From the NCBI GenBank assembly GCA_965197475.1, contig CBDANF010000002.1, forward strand, positions 448,001 to 512,000: 64,000 nt of DNA. Reading direction: 5' to 3'. The position numbers were made by a program, and so were the translations under genes. Within the stretch, counting starts at the first letter, position 1; each line of letters begins with the position of its first letter. Origin of the DNA: Candidatus Poribacteria bacterium (GTDB lineage Bacteria > Poribacteria > WGA-4E > WGA-3G). Positions 10,196 through 20,452 of this stretch are shown piece after piece. The notes beneath the pieces are model-generated. The model ran no database searches and was not told where the DNA came from. It worked only from the letters and a program-made list of their open reading frames with translations.

Positions 10196-11107
10196 TTACA
10201 AAGTTACTTTCAAATTCGGAATCTTCTTACGGAGTCGATGAACCGGTGTCAAATCCTGAATAGGATTTTCCTTTATACCTAAATCCCTTAAATCTGTCAG
10301 ATTTTCAACTACGCTAATGTTCCTGATTTGATTAAATGAGATCAGTAGACTGCTAAGTTGTGTCAAGTTTTTGAGGGGTGTGATGTCGCTAATTCGATTA
10401 GAAACAAGCCATAAATCGGTAAGCTGTGTCAAGTTTTTGAGGGGTGTGATGTCGCTAATATGATTTGAGACAAGCCATAAGCCTATAAGTTGTGTCAAGT
10501 TTTCAAGAGGCGTAATGTCACTAATTTTCGCATACGAAAGCGATAATACTTTTAGTTGTGTTAGTTCTGCAAGTGGCGTAATATCGCTGATTTGACTTTT
10601 TGAAATTGATAGGTTGGTAAGCTGCTTCAAGCCTTTTAGAGGGGAGATATCGTCAATTTGACAATTTGAGATTGAGAGTTCCGTGAGTTGTGTCAATCCT
10701 TGGAGTGGCGTAATATCGTTGATTTGATCGCCGCTGATTTCCAATTTCGTAAGTTTTGTCATTCCCGCAAGTGGTGTCAAATCATTAATTTGGTTCATTC
10801 GGAGATTTAAATCTGTGAGCTGCACTAAGTTTGTTAACGGTGTGATGTTTGTAATCTGATTCCTATCAAGTTGTAAACTCAATAATCTTGTTGCTTTTTC
10901 AAGACCCGTTAAATCTGTGATACCCGCGTTTGGAGCAGAAAGAGTCTGTAATTCATTTAGATTTTTTTGTAGGATCGGTTTGCTTGGATCTAAACCGAGT
11001 GCATCTCTAATTGCTGAGGCTAAGTTCAGATCCGGGATTTCTATGGATTGTGGTGAACAACCGAGCAAAAGGATGAGGATTGGGAATAGTAGGTAAAAAT
11101 GTTTCAT
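10196..11107 (-). CDS. Internalin-like leucine-rich repeat lipoprotein
   Basis: LLGC lipobox, IPDLNLASAIR cap, about ten 22-aa LxxLxLxxNxISDITPL repeats. Confidence 0.9.
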   Translation of the reverse strand: MKHFYLLFPILILLLGCSPQSIEIPDLNLASAIRDALGLDPSKPILQKNLNELQTLSAPNAGITDLTGLEKATRLLSLQLDRNQITNITPLTNLVQLTDLNLRMNQINDLTPLAGMTKLTKLEISGDQINDITPLQGLTQLTELSISNCQIDDISPLKGLKQLTNLSISKSQISDITPLAELTQLKVLSLSYAKISDITPLENLTQLIGLWLVSNHISDITPLKNLTQLTDLWLVSNRISDITPLKNLTQLSSLLISFNQIRNISVVENLTDLRDLGIKENPIQDLTPVHRLRKKIPNLKVTL

Positions 11108-11167
11108 GCTGGATGCTCATTTTAATTGAGATCAGTGTGTTTAAGCAGTAACTTGGATAATACTTGA

Positions 11168-11196
11168 ATTATAGCATCTTGGGTGGGATTGGTCAA
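11168..11196 (-). promoter_or_regulatory. Sigma70-type promoter of the LRR gene
   Basis: TTGACC-N17-TATAAT with extended TG. Confidence 0.65.
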
Positions 11197-11201
11197 CAGA
11201 T

Positions 11202-11665
11202 TTACGTCTCTTGAATTTTCTCTAAGAAAATAGGTGGTTTAACAATCTCAACCCGAATTCAAATAAAGTCTGTTTGAGTTCAGAATCATCTATGAGGTCT
11301 TTGTCAGTTGATACCAAAAATTGGACTCGTCCTGAGACTGCACAATCAAGGAACATATTATCGGTAGCATCACGACACAGCTCAAGCGAAGAAGTATTCT
11401 CAACAATGTTTGCTTGGTGCAGAAGGTTAATCAGATTTGTAACTTCTTCCAATGTATAACGATATTGTCGGAGCATTTTACGACGTGATAAAACTTCCTG
11501 CACCTCATCAATAATAGCGTGCGATAAGACGAGGACGAATCGTCCTGCTTGCCAAAGTGATAAAAGATGGTTAGCAAGATTACCTTTACGAATAAGTGAA
11601 CGGACGAAAAGGTTGGTGTCAAATGTCGCCCGGTAAACACGCCATCGGTTCTCATTTTTGTTCAC
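11202..11665 (-). CDS. PIN-domain toxin (TIGR00305/PIN_3-like); probable 1-bp frameshift near the 3' end
   Basis: FDTNLFV, CRDATDNMFLDCA and LVSTDKDL motifs. Adding one G at 11252-11254 gives the typical end GVEIVKPPIFLEKIQET* (stop at 11202). Confidence 0.85.
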
Positions 11666-12191
11666 GCCTCACCTCTGCAAGTGCTTCCTCAAAATCGCGT
11701 ATCACTTCTTCCTCTGGCGTGTCGGCAAAAGCATCGTGAAACCGTTCCATGGTTCTATCCCACTCCTTTTGAAACTCTTTGCGACCACTTTCAACTTTAG
11801 CGCGGAAGTCTGAAGCGAGGTTTTGCCATTTTGTATTCACTGACGATGCGCTGTCTTGAATGTCTGGCGCGAAATATATTTTGTCAGCAAAATCGCTATT
11901 TTTGACGACATCCTTAATGTGCTCAACAAGTTTTTGATTTTCTACTTTCGGATTGGCAGCGTCGGTAACGAAAACTATATAGTCATCCTGGTTGAGGTAG
12001 TGTTGGATTGCCTTCCTCAGACTATCGTCCAAAGGTGCGCCCTTTCTATGACACTTACGGAGTGCACTTCTTCCAGCTGTTCGGATCGCCAGATATCCAA
12101 GTTGCTTTGACTTTGAGAATTCATCTTCTAAAAATCTGATTGCCTTGGTACCACTGTCCGATTCTACATTCCAGACTCTTACGCTCATCAT
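11652..12191 (-). CDS. Hypothetical protein: DUF4276/TOPRIM-like N-terminus plus antitoxin-like acidic C-terminal helix
   Basis: Overlaps both neighbours. N-terminal VWNVESDS...YIVFVTD; C-terminal FADTPEEEVIRDFEEALAEVRRE directly before the PIN gene. Confidence 0.5.
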   Translation of the reverse strand: MMSVRVWNVESDSGTKAIRFLEDEFSKSKQLGYLAIRTAGRSALRKCHRKGAPLDDSLRKAIQHYLNQDDYIVFVTDAANPKVENQKLVEHIKDVVKNSDFADKIYFAPDIQDSASSVNTKWQNLASDFRAKVESGRKEFQKEWDRTMERFHDAFADTPEEEVIRDFEEALAEVRREQK

Positions 12192-13516
12192 ACCGGTTCC
12201 TCCATCAGGTCTTGTAGCAGTTCACTGTCGAAAATGGCACTACCGATTCCGAAATCCGCAATCCAATCATCGAGTGCTTCTCGTTTATCACGCATCTCTT
12301 CAAGATTGAGCACTTCTGTGCCGAGTCCAGAGCGGTTGCGTAACAGTAAAACGCCGAGGGAATCAGACAATTTATCTGGACTAAAGGCATCAAGGAGTTG
12401 AGAACTATGGGTTGTGATAATCACTTGTGTTCTTTCAGCGAGTTGTTCAAGGACGTTAGCAATGTCTTTCAACGCGCCAGGATGCAGATTCCGTTCAGGT
12501 TCCTCAATAGCAATGAGCGGAGGCAATTCGGGTTGGTTGAGTAAGATGTAATAGGCAATGAGACGCAGGGTGCCATCAGAAGTTCTATAGAAAGGGATCG
12601 GATTCTTATATCCTTCTAGTACACATAGTTGAGGTTGTCCATTAATTCTAATGTAGTCAATCTTAAGTTTCGCAGATGCAAAAAGGAGTTCATTTATCTT
12701 GTTAAAAAGTTTTGGAGCACTGCCACGCCAGTAGGATAATAAAGGTGATAAATTTGATCCATCGTTTATTAATTGTGGATATGTATCAAATTTAAAAAAT
12801 GGATTTGTAACATCATCTGGATCAAATCCAATTGGAGGTGTCTGGAAATATCCTCGCATGAGGTCAGTCTGGAAATCATAGAATTTCCACTGCTTAAAAA
12901 ACTCTGTTAATGTCAGGACTTACGCATTTTCTCTTAAAGTCCCCCTGATAAGGGGGTTAGGGGGGTTAAAATACCAAAATTCTGCTTATTTAACCCCCCT
13001 AACCCCCTTATCAAGGGGGAATGCGTAAGTCCTGAATGTATTGGTAACAGGCTTTTTTCCATAATCTCCAGCGGAACCCAAGGAGATTTTTTTACCGGTG
13101 GATGCGTAAATTGTGTTGTTTTGACCATTTTCATCCCATACTTCGCCCTGTCCACACTGAATTGAAATAACTTTCACTCCATTAACCTGTAATTCCTCGT
13201 TGATCGTAATATCTTCCGTTTCAGTTTTAATCTCCAATTCATATAAAGTTGAAATTTCTTCTACCATGGTATGCAATTGGAAAGTAAAAAGGTTTGCTCC
13301 GCCTGCCCAGGTGGAACTTTGGATTATATCATTTCGAGGCAGCTTTTCAGCGTTTATCATTTCCATGAAAAGACTTAAAGCTCTGAAGACGTTTGACTTT
13401 CCACTTGCGTTAGGACCTACAAGAACTGTCAGAGGCTTGAACGGAAGTTCAACATTGCGCAAACTCAGAAAATTTTTGATATGTATTTTCTCTAAAAACG
13501 CTTTCCGTTCAGACAT
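12188..13516 (-). pseudogene. ABC-type ATPase (AAA_21/AAA_15, OLD/AbiEii-like) interrupted by a MITE
   Basis: Walker A GPNASGKS, SDGTLR signature, IEEPERNLHP, TTHS. Removing the MITE and one TSD fuses both ORFs in frame (PVTNTLTEFFKQWKFYDFQTDLMRGY), about 400 aa. Confidence 0.9.
12914..13034. mobile_element. MITE (121 bp) with internal GC-run hairpin
   Basis: TIR CAGGACTTACGCATT/AATGCGTAAGTCCTG; 5-bp TSD AATGT (12909-12913, 13035-13039); internal gataagggggttaggggggttaaa / tttaacccccctaacccccttatc. Confidence 0.9.
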
Positions 13517-13546
13517 GACTGTTCACCTCCTATTTGCCTTGTTGTA

Positions 13547-13575
13547 ATTATACATTTGCCCGTTGTGTTTGTCAA
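13547..13575 (-). promoter_or_regulatory. Consensus sigma70 promoter of the ATPase-PIN operon
   Basis: TTGACA-N17-TATAAT, followed by AGGAGGTG SD. Confidence 0.8.
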
Positions 13576-13676
13576 TCATATTCTGTTTTGGTTTGAGTCA
13601 ATTTTAAGATTGAATTGTTGATACAAATCGGTTAAACTTATACTTAACAATACTTTAGAATTAAAGGTAAGGAACG

Positions 13677-14139
13677 ATGAAACTGATCTTAACCTTTTTT
13701 ACCATAACGCTGATGTACGCGTTCTTTTCAGGATGTGTTCCAAGAGATAAACAAGCCAAGCTTGAAAATACACCTGACGATCGCGCTGATGCTGCAGAGG
13801 AGATCAAAGTTGAACAACCGGTGGAGGACAATATTGAAGGGGCAGAAGCATATATCGGCAAACATCTGCTTGTCGGACTCGCGTACCGCAATAATAAGGA
13901 AGAGGTCATCAGACGTGTCCAACTACATGGAAAAATCACCCGTATAACAGAAGAGGGTATTTTTTTCGATAGGGCAGATGGCAAAGGAGAGTTTTCATTG
14001 CCACCTGACCTTGAATCGTTTGAGCCTGCTATACCTTGGTGCTGAATATAGGTTGAAATCTACGGGTGAGGTTGTCCGCAATCCTGACTATATCAGTAAT
14101 TGGATAATTGATGCACCACCCGATGAAACAGACAAATAA
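13677..14139 (+). pseudogene. Hypothetical lipoprotein with a 1-bp frameshift
   Basis: FSGC lipobox; removing one T at 14036-14037 continues PGAEYRLKSTGEVVRNPDYISNW...DK* to 14139. Confidence 0.65.
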
Positions 14140-14142
14140 TTG

Positions 14143-15312
14143 CTACGGATCAACGGCTTTGTATAGTACTATCTGTCCGTTGCGGATTGTGTGTAGCAAT
14201 AGTTTTTTGATGGGGTGCCTATTTTCATCAAAACGTGAAATTGTGGATGCGCCTTGGTAGTCAGTGATGTTTGCTAAGGCATTCCGAATTTCAGTGGGAT
14301 CAAGCGTTCCCGCGTTTTTGATAGCGATTGCCAGTAGAGACATTGCATCATATCCCCACGAGAATGGACCGTCTGGAGACTCCATATACATTTCGGTGTA
14401 AGCTTGGACAAAGGGTGCTGCATCGGGCGATTCAACGCTAAAGTCTCTTGTGAAGAAAGAACCTTCTAATGGGGTGTTGTCACCTAAAGTGTTGAAGAGT
14501 TCGTTGGGAATGTCCCAAGCATTTGTGCCGATAAAGGTTGCATCAATTCCTATTTCCCTTGCTCGTGCTGCCAAAAATGGAACTTCAGGAATAAATCCTG
14601 CGATTAAGAAGACATCGGGTACAGCGTCATTTATCCTTGTAAGTTGCGTGTCAAAATCTCTAACGCCATGTTGATAGTATTCGGTCGCGACGATTTTCCC
14701 TCCAAGTTTCTCAAAATTTTCTTCAAAGGCATCTGCCACAGCATTAGAGTATACATCGCCTTTCTGCCGAATTGTTGCTGCAGTTTTGGCATTAAGTTCG
14801 TTTGGGTCCAGGGCGAATTTAGCTGTTGTTGCGCCTTGAAAAGATGTAGGGGCAACTGCAATAAATACATATTCGCCAGTGGCGGTTACGTTCTGACCAG
14901 ATGAACCGGTAATGATGGGACGTTTGAGTTCGGTTACAACCGGTCCAACCTGCGTAGAGTTTGTTGAAAGTAGTGGACCTAAGATTGCAACAACGCCCTC
15001 ATCCTCAATCAGTGTTTTTGCGATACGTACACTTTCGTCTGGGTCAGGAAAATCGCGTATGCCCTGATTATCCATAATGATAAATTCAACTTGCATTCCG
15101 AGTAAGCCGCCGCCTTCGTTGATCTGGAATCTCGCGAGTTCTGCACCTTTTGTGAAACTTGGTGCAAGTCCGGAGGGTTGAATTATGCCGATTTTGATAG
15201 TGGAGATCGTATCGGGTGTAACTACTTGTTTAATCTTTTCACACCCTGACATTGACAATACTAAAATTGTGGATAGGATTACAAATTTTGCTATAAAAGA
15301 TTTTGCGTTCAA
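14143..15312 (-). CDS. ABC transporter substrate-binding lipoprotein, branched-chain amino acid (LivJ/Peripla_BP_6) family
   Basis: MSGC lipobox; INEGGGLLG, GVVAILGP, DFDTQL, GYDAM motifs. Confidence 0.85.
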   Translation of the reverse strand: MNAKSFIAKFVILSTILVLSMSGCEKIKQVVTPDTISTIKIGIIQPSGLAPSFTKGAELARFQINEGGGLLGMQVEFIIMDNQGIRDFPDPDESVRIAKTLIEDEGVVAILGPLLSTNSTQVGPVVTELKRPIITGSSGQNVTATGEYVFIAVAPTSFQGATTAKFALDPNELNAKTAATIRQKGDVYSNAVADAFEENFEKLGGKIVATEYYQHGVRDFDTQLTRINDAVPDVFLIAGFIPEVPFLAARAREIGIDATFIGTNAWDIPNELFNTLGDNTPLEGSFFTRDFSVESPDAAPFVQAYTEMYMESPDGPFSWGYDAMSLLAIAIKNAGTLDPTEIRNALANITDYQGASTISRFDENRHPIKKLLLHTIRNGQIVLYKAVDP

Positions 15313-15860
15313 TTATTGACTCCTTTCTGAAAGAGAAAGTTTTCTACTACGACAAATCTGTCGTTCGTTTCTTGCGATCTGTAGATAAGTGATAGAGATT
15401 CGACCTCAAACTTAATAGGTTCCCACTCATTTTGTAATCGTTGTTGTACGTCATTGAGAGATCGGTGCTGGAATTGTCCGACCGAGAGGTGTGGGTTAAA
15501 TCCACCCGCAAATTGTGCCGTGTCGTCGTAATCTGGAAGATATTTATTGAGTGTGCTGCGTAGTTGCACGATCTCGTTTTTGGGTTCGGGAACAAGGAAA
15601 AGTGTGCACGATTTTCTGTGACGAAAAGCATTGAAAGATGCCAACGTAATAGAAAAAGGTGTTGTCTGTTGTGCAGATTTTGCCAGTGCTGGGATAATAT
15701 CTTGAAAATCTTGTCGTGGTGCAAACGGATAAAGCAGCGTGATGTGTGGCATCCATCGCTGAAAATTTCGGTCATGGACACGACGGATTGCTTGGATAGG
15801 TGGCTGTATCGCTTCTGGTGGAATGAGAACAACGGCTGTGGTGTGTGTTTTGGTTGGCAT
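15309..15860 (-). CDS. 2H phosphoesterase / 2'-5' RNA ligase family protein
   Basis: Two HxT/S motifs (PHITL, PHLSV); start uncertain (15860 or 15935). Confidence 0.85.
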   Translation of the reverse strand: MPTKTHTTAVVLIPPEAIQPPIQAIRRVHDRNFQRWMPHITLLYPFAPRQDFQDIIPALAKSAQQTTPFSITLASFNAFRHRKSCTLFLVPEPKNEIVQLRSTLNKYLPDYDDTAQFAGGFNPHLSVGQFQHRSLNDVQQRLQNEWEPIKFEVESLSLIYRSQETNDRFVVVENFLFQKGVNN

Positions 15861-15956
15861 TGGAAAATCGGGGTTGGAAACCCCTTCTACAAGAACGAGA
15901 CAATCGGACAATCGGCATTGGAACTCCTCCCACAAGAAAATCCATCATAGCATTTA

Positions 15957-16730
15957 CTAAGCCTTGGCACTTGCTCCGCCATCAACGAGGATAGATGTGC
16001 CTGTAATCCACTCAGCATCGTCTGACGCGAAGAAAACCGCTGCGCGTCCAATGTCTTTCGGTAGACCTAAACGTTGCAATGGTGTTTTTTCTAATGACGA
16101 CTCAATCTCTTCTGGCGTGAGGTAATCCTGGATTGCTGTTTCAATATAGCCGGGACAGATAACGTTAACAGTGATTCCATATTTCCCAACCTCTAAAGCC
16201 GTATCCTGAACCATGTTGACAACAGCGGCTTTTGCGGCGGCGTAAGCCGGTCCCGTACCACCCCCATAAGCATGGACAGATGCAATTTGGATTATCCGTC
16301 CATATTCTGACTTTTTGAGATGTGGTATAGCAAGTTTTGTTGACATGAAGACACCGCGCAGGTTTACGCCAACAACTTTATCCCAATCAGCAATAGAAAT
16401 ATCTTGTGATCCACCCGGAATATGAATCCCTGCGTTATTGACCAGAATGTCAATTCCGTCAAAATGTTCGACGGTGCGCTGGATCATCTGTGCGACTTGT
16501 GATTCTTCGGAAACATCCGTTTTGATGAATATTCCTTTTCCACCTAATTTCTCTATTTCTTGGACGGTTGGCGTTGTGACATCTATCTCATGATATTTGC
16601 CTTGAAGTGGTGTATCTTGTATATCTGCAATGGCAACACTTGCGCCTTCGCGGGCAAATTCAAGTGCGATTCCGCGTCCGATGCCAGAACTACCGCCTGT
16701 TACAATGCTGATACGATCTTTGAGCAGCAT
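15957..16730 (-). CDS. SDR family NAD(P)-dependent oxidoreductase
   Basis: TGGSSGIG, NNAG, YAAAK, PG motifs. Confidence 0.9.
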   Translation of the reverse strand: MLLKDRISIVTGGSSGIGRGIALEFAREGASVAIADIQDTPLQGKYHEIDVTTPTVQEIEKLGGKGIFIKTDVSEESQVAQMIQRTVEHFDGIDILVNNAGIHIPGGSQDISIADWDKVVGVNLRGVFMSTKLAIPHLKKSEYGRIIQIASVHAYGGGTGPAYAAAKAAVVNMVQDTALEVGKYGITVNVICPGYIETAIQDYLTPEEIESSLEKTPLQRLGLPKDIGRAAVFFASDDAEWITGTSILVDGGASAKA

Positions 16731-16788
16731 AAATGCTTTCCTTTACAAATGGAACTACTGATTTGTCAATCGTTATATTGTCTGGTTT

Positions 16789-19700
16789 CTAAATAGCGGC
16801 GTTTTCAGTGTATATGCTTTTTCCTTCGCCGTAGTAAGAGTCATAGACGTGTTGATATACCGCTTCCGATTTCTGATTGAACAGTTCGTATGTGTAACAT
16901 TGAGGCAGTTCTTGTCCAAGGATGTTCCCCACAGTGAGCATGACTTGGGCACGCAATCGCTGTTGTTTGCGCCAATCTAAAACCAAATTTTCCTGTTTTA
17001 GTTTATCAAGCAAATTCTGGACAGAAGTTTTAACTTCCTCTCGCTCAGGAAGGGTCAAAGCAGGATCGGGTTTCGTCAGTATATCAACAATTGCCAATTC
17101 CTCTTCTGAAAGATCCTCTGTATCAGCACGTTGTGTCTCTTTACTTAGTTCTTCTAAAAACTCAAAAAGTCTCTGATTGTGTAGATCAACGGGAATGGTA
17201 CCGGAGTTATATTCCTCAATCATCTGCTCAAATTTCTCTTGAAAATCCATTCGACTTTTGTTGAGGCGAATCATGTCGGTGAGTTTCCTATTGATAGTAC
17301 TCCTAAGTTGTTCAGCTTGTGTGCGTTTGTGCTCTGTGTTGAATTGTTCGCTTAGTCGTTCAAAGTCAATTTGGCTTAAGTCGATTACTTGTGCTGAGTC
17401 ATAACTATTTTGTGCTGTATTGATTATATAGCCTTCTGGTGCAATTGATTGGTCAAGCAGCTCTTCTATCGCATCTGTAACTTCGGAGATGTCAGTCGGT
17501 TCACTGAGGTTCTTGATTTTTCGAGCAATGATGTTTATCAATGAGCAGATACCGCTGAAGTTGTTCGCGGCGGTGTCGGGCAGAATTGCTTTGAATAATT
17601 TATAGACATTACGTGCTTGTTCAAGGAAATTCCGTTTAGTCTCATCGTTCACCAGGATATGGTTTTCTGCTGCGTCAATTAGTTGGATCTGCTGCAACCT
17701 ATCAGCTTCTTCAATATCGGCAAAGTTTATACCAAGGTTTCTACAAAAATCAGAGATTTTCTCAATTGCTTTCCTAAGTTCCTCAACAAGTTTCGATTTA
17801 TCCGCAATCGGATTGCTTCCGTTCCCGTTAGATCCTGTAGCATAGATAGCAAGTGCCTTTTCAAGGTTACGAAAAACGCCTATGTAGTCAACAATCAAGC
17901 CGTTGACTTTGTCCTTAAACACACGATTTGCTCTTGCAATTGTCTGCATCAAGGTATGGTTGCGTTGGAGTTTGTCAAGGTAGATCGTTGAACAGGAAGG
18001 AACATCAAAACCTGTGGTCCACATTGCACAGAGGAAAACAATACGGAAAGGGTCGTCTGGGTTTTTGAATTTGGTGTCCAAATCCTCACTGTTCATGCGT
18101 TGTCGGTGTGGTCCGATGTCAACCCCTCTCCTTCTCATATCGTCAATTTCGTTTTGTGATTGTGACACCACCACGGCCATATCGGTTTCTTCCATAAACT
18201 GAATTAACGCCTCAAGTGGTTCCTCTCTGTCTCTTGCAACACCACTGTTTAATTCTGATCTCAGAGTTTCAAGTTTATGTCTCCAGTACTTCTGGACTTT
18301 ATCGTACATCTTAACTGCCGTGGGTTTATCGATAGAGATGACCATTGCCTTCCCCCGATAGCCCCTGCCGATAAAGTGCGAAACGATGTCTTCTGCAACT
18401 TTTTCTAAACGTTCATCTCTGGTAATAAGGTGATACTCGCGTTCGAACTCGTCTTTCAGTTTTGCTTCTTGTGCTTCATCCAATTCCGCTTCCTCAAGAA
18501 TCTGTTCAAGGTCGGTATTTAAATCGTCGTTTGTTAATTGGAGTCTGGGAACGCGGTTCTCATAGTAGAGCGGTACGGTTGCCTTATCTTCTACGGATTG
18601 CTTAAAATTGTATACCGACACTTCGTCTCCAAACACTTCACGTGTCTTTTCTTCGCCTGCCATTAGAGGTGTACCTGTAAACGCAATATATGCAGCATTC
18701 GGGAGCGCGGTACGCATATTTAACGCCAATGTATCGTATTGACTACGGTGTGCTTCATCGTTTATGACGATAATGTCCGCACGATCAGAGAGGACAGGAT
18801 GCGGTTCATTATCTGTTGTTTGAAATTTTTGAATAAGTGTGAAAATATAGCGGTGGTCTTCGCTGAGCAGATGACGTAGATGTACTATATCTTCTGCATG
18901 CACATCCTGCTGTGTTAAGAGACCGCTGGCACTCGCAAAGGTTTTATAAATCTGGTTGTCCAATTCTTTGCGGTCTGTTACGATAACAAATGTCCAGTGC
19001 CCCTGCATCTTTCTGAGGACTTTCTGCGCAAAAAAGATCATTGAGACACTTTTACCGCTCCCTTGTGTATGCCAGAACACACCGAGTTTCCCAAAATCGG
19101 ATTCGTTTTCCTGCAATGCCTTAATTGCGTTGTTTACGCCCAAATATTGGTGATTTTTTGAGATCAGTTTTTTTGTGCCACCTTGGAGTTCCATAAACAG
19201 CGTAAAATTTTCGATAATGTCCAGCAATCGATTCGGGTGGCAGACACCTCGCAGTAGTATTTCAATTGAAGCTTTCTGCTGTTCATCTTCGCTTTCAATC
19301 CGTTTCCATTCGGAGAAGTGTTCCCATTCGGCAGTGAAACTCCCGATGCGGCTCTCTGAACCGTTGGAAACGATAATTAAGGCGTTGTACCAAAAAAGGT
19401 GGGGGATAGTGTCTTTGTAGTCTCGGAGGTTGTCGTCGTAAGCTGAGATAAGGTTTTCGTCAATCCGTTTGAATTCCATTAAGACTAAGGGAATCCCGTT
19501 GACGAATCCTATCAGGTCTGGACGTCTGGTATGCATTTCACCAGTGATCCAGAATTGTGACGCTGCGAAAAAGTCGTTATTTTCTGGATTTTCCCAGTCA
19601 ATTATCTGAAGTTCTGAAACGGTTTCTTCTTGCGTGTTCGGGTCGGTGTCTGTTATTTTAACACCTTCTTTCAGGAGACTGTAGATTTCCCGATTTGCTT

Positions 19701-19962
19701 CAACAGGGTTCATTACCCTGCGGGATTGAGTTAATTCTTCAATTGCGGTATCAATAGCATCTTCTGTCGCATCGGGGTTGAGCCGTTCTAAAGCCGCGCG
19801 GAGTCTATCGGTTAGCACGACTTCAGATTTTGCTTCTCTACCGGTCCGAATTTCGATGTCGTATTCAAATTCGTTAGAACAATTCTGGGTGTACCACCCT
19901 ATTTCTTTGAGCAATGCGATTGCGGGTTGTTCGACGAGTTGGTTTTCACTGTAGGGATTCAT
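16789..19962 (-). CDS. hsdR: Type I restriction endonuclease subunit R
   Basis: PDLIGFVNGIPLVLMEFK nuclease motif, HTQGSGKS, DEAHRSQY, FTGTP, QTIARANR. Confidence 0.95.
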   Translation of the reverse strand: MNPYSENQLVEQPAIALLKEIGWYTQNCSNEFEYDIEIRTGREAKSEVVLTDRLRAALERLNPDATEDAIDTAIEELTQSRRVMNPVEANREIYSLLKEGVKITDTDPNTQEETVSELQIIDWENPENNDFFAASQFWITGEMHTRRPDLIGFVNGIPLVLMEFKRIDENLISAYDDNLRDYKDTIPHLFWYNALIIVSNGSESRIGSFTAEWEHFSEWKRIESEDEQQKASIEILLRGVCHPNRLLDIIENFTLFMELQGGTKKLISKNHQYLGVNNAIKALQENESDFGKLGVFWHTQGSGKSVSMIFFAQKVLRKMQGHWTFVIVTDRKELDNQIYKTFASASGLLTQQDVHAEDIVHLRHLLSEDHRYIFTLIQKFQTTDNEPHPVLSDRADIIVINDEAHRSQYDTLALNMRTALPNAAYIAFTGTPLMAGEEKTREVFGDEVSVYNFKQSVEDKATVPLYYENRVPRLQLTNDDLNTDLEQILEEAELDEAQEAKLKDEFEREYHLITRDERLEKVAEDIVSHFIGRGYRGKAMVISIDKPTAVKMYDKVQKYWRHKLETLRSELNSGVARDREEPLEALIQFMEETDMAVVVSQSQNEIDDMRRRGVDIGPHRQRMNSEDLDTKFKNPDDPFRIVFLCAMWTTGFDVPSCSTIYLDKLQRNHTLMQTIARANRVFKDKVNGLIVDYIGVFRNLEKALAIYATGSNGNGSNPIADKSKLVEELRKAIEKISDFCRNLGINFADIEEADRLQQIQLIDAAENHILVNDETKRNFLEQARNVYKLFKAILPDTAANNFSGICSLINIIARKIKNLSEPTDISEVTDAIEELLDQSIAPEGYIINTAQNSYDSAQVIDLSQIDFERLSEQFNTEHKRTQAEQLRSTINRKLTDMIRLNKSRMDFQEKFEQMIEEYNSGTIPVDLHNQRLFEFLEELSKETQRADTEDLSEEELAIVDILTKPDPALTLPEREEVKTSVQNLLDKLKQENLVLDWRKQQRLRAQVMLTVGNILGQELPQCYTYELFNQKSEAVYQHVYDSYYGEGKSIYTENAAI

Positions 19963-20450
19963 TTGAAAATTGGTTCAGTTGTTCGAAATTTTAGATTATC
20001 TTTTGTTTCAATCTCGGTTATAACTTGCCGAACATCAGTTTGGGTCAAGATGTTTAATTTCCAGAGTGCGCGTAAAATATGAGCTAAGTTAATACAATCG
20101 ATACGGTTTGCGTTGCAGTGGTGCATTACGCGACGTTCGTTGCTAACCAAAATGGCTTTTAGGCGTTTACATAGTGCCATAGATTCGCGCTCTCCCGCAT
20201 CAAGTGTTTGTGGTAAAGAGTGCATAAATTCTTGATCTGCACTTGTCAGATGATGTATGCGAATTTGACCTTGTGTTTTTAGTTCTATGATTTGATAGGC
20301 GAAGTGAAACCCTTTTGAACTCGCTACTTTGATTTCATTTTCGACAGCAGTAGCAATGTTAAGCTGGTCTTGATGAAAAACCACGAACAAGAGGGATAAT
20401 TTCTGAATCTTGGCGAAAATTGAAAGAACATCAGTATCAACAAAGACCAA
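19959..20450 (-). CDS. PIN-domain protein (DUF3368-like toxin)
   Basis: VFVDTDVL, LDAGERESMAL, LVSNER. Confidence 0.75.
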   Translation of the reverse strand: MVFVDTDVLSIFAKIQKLSLLFVVFHQDQLNIATAVENEIKVASSKGFHFAYQIIELKTQGQIRIHHLTSADQEFMHSLPQTLDAGERESMALCKRLKAILVSNERRVMHHCNANRIDCINLAHILRALWKLNILTQTDVRQVITEIETKDNLKFRTTEPIFK

Positions 20451-20452
20451 AG

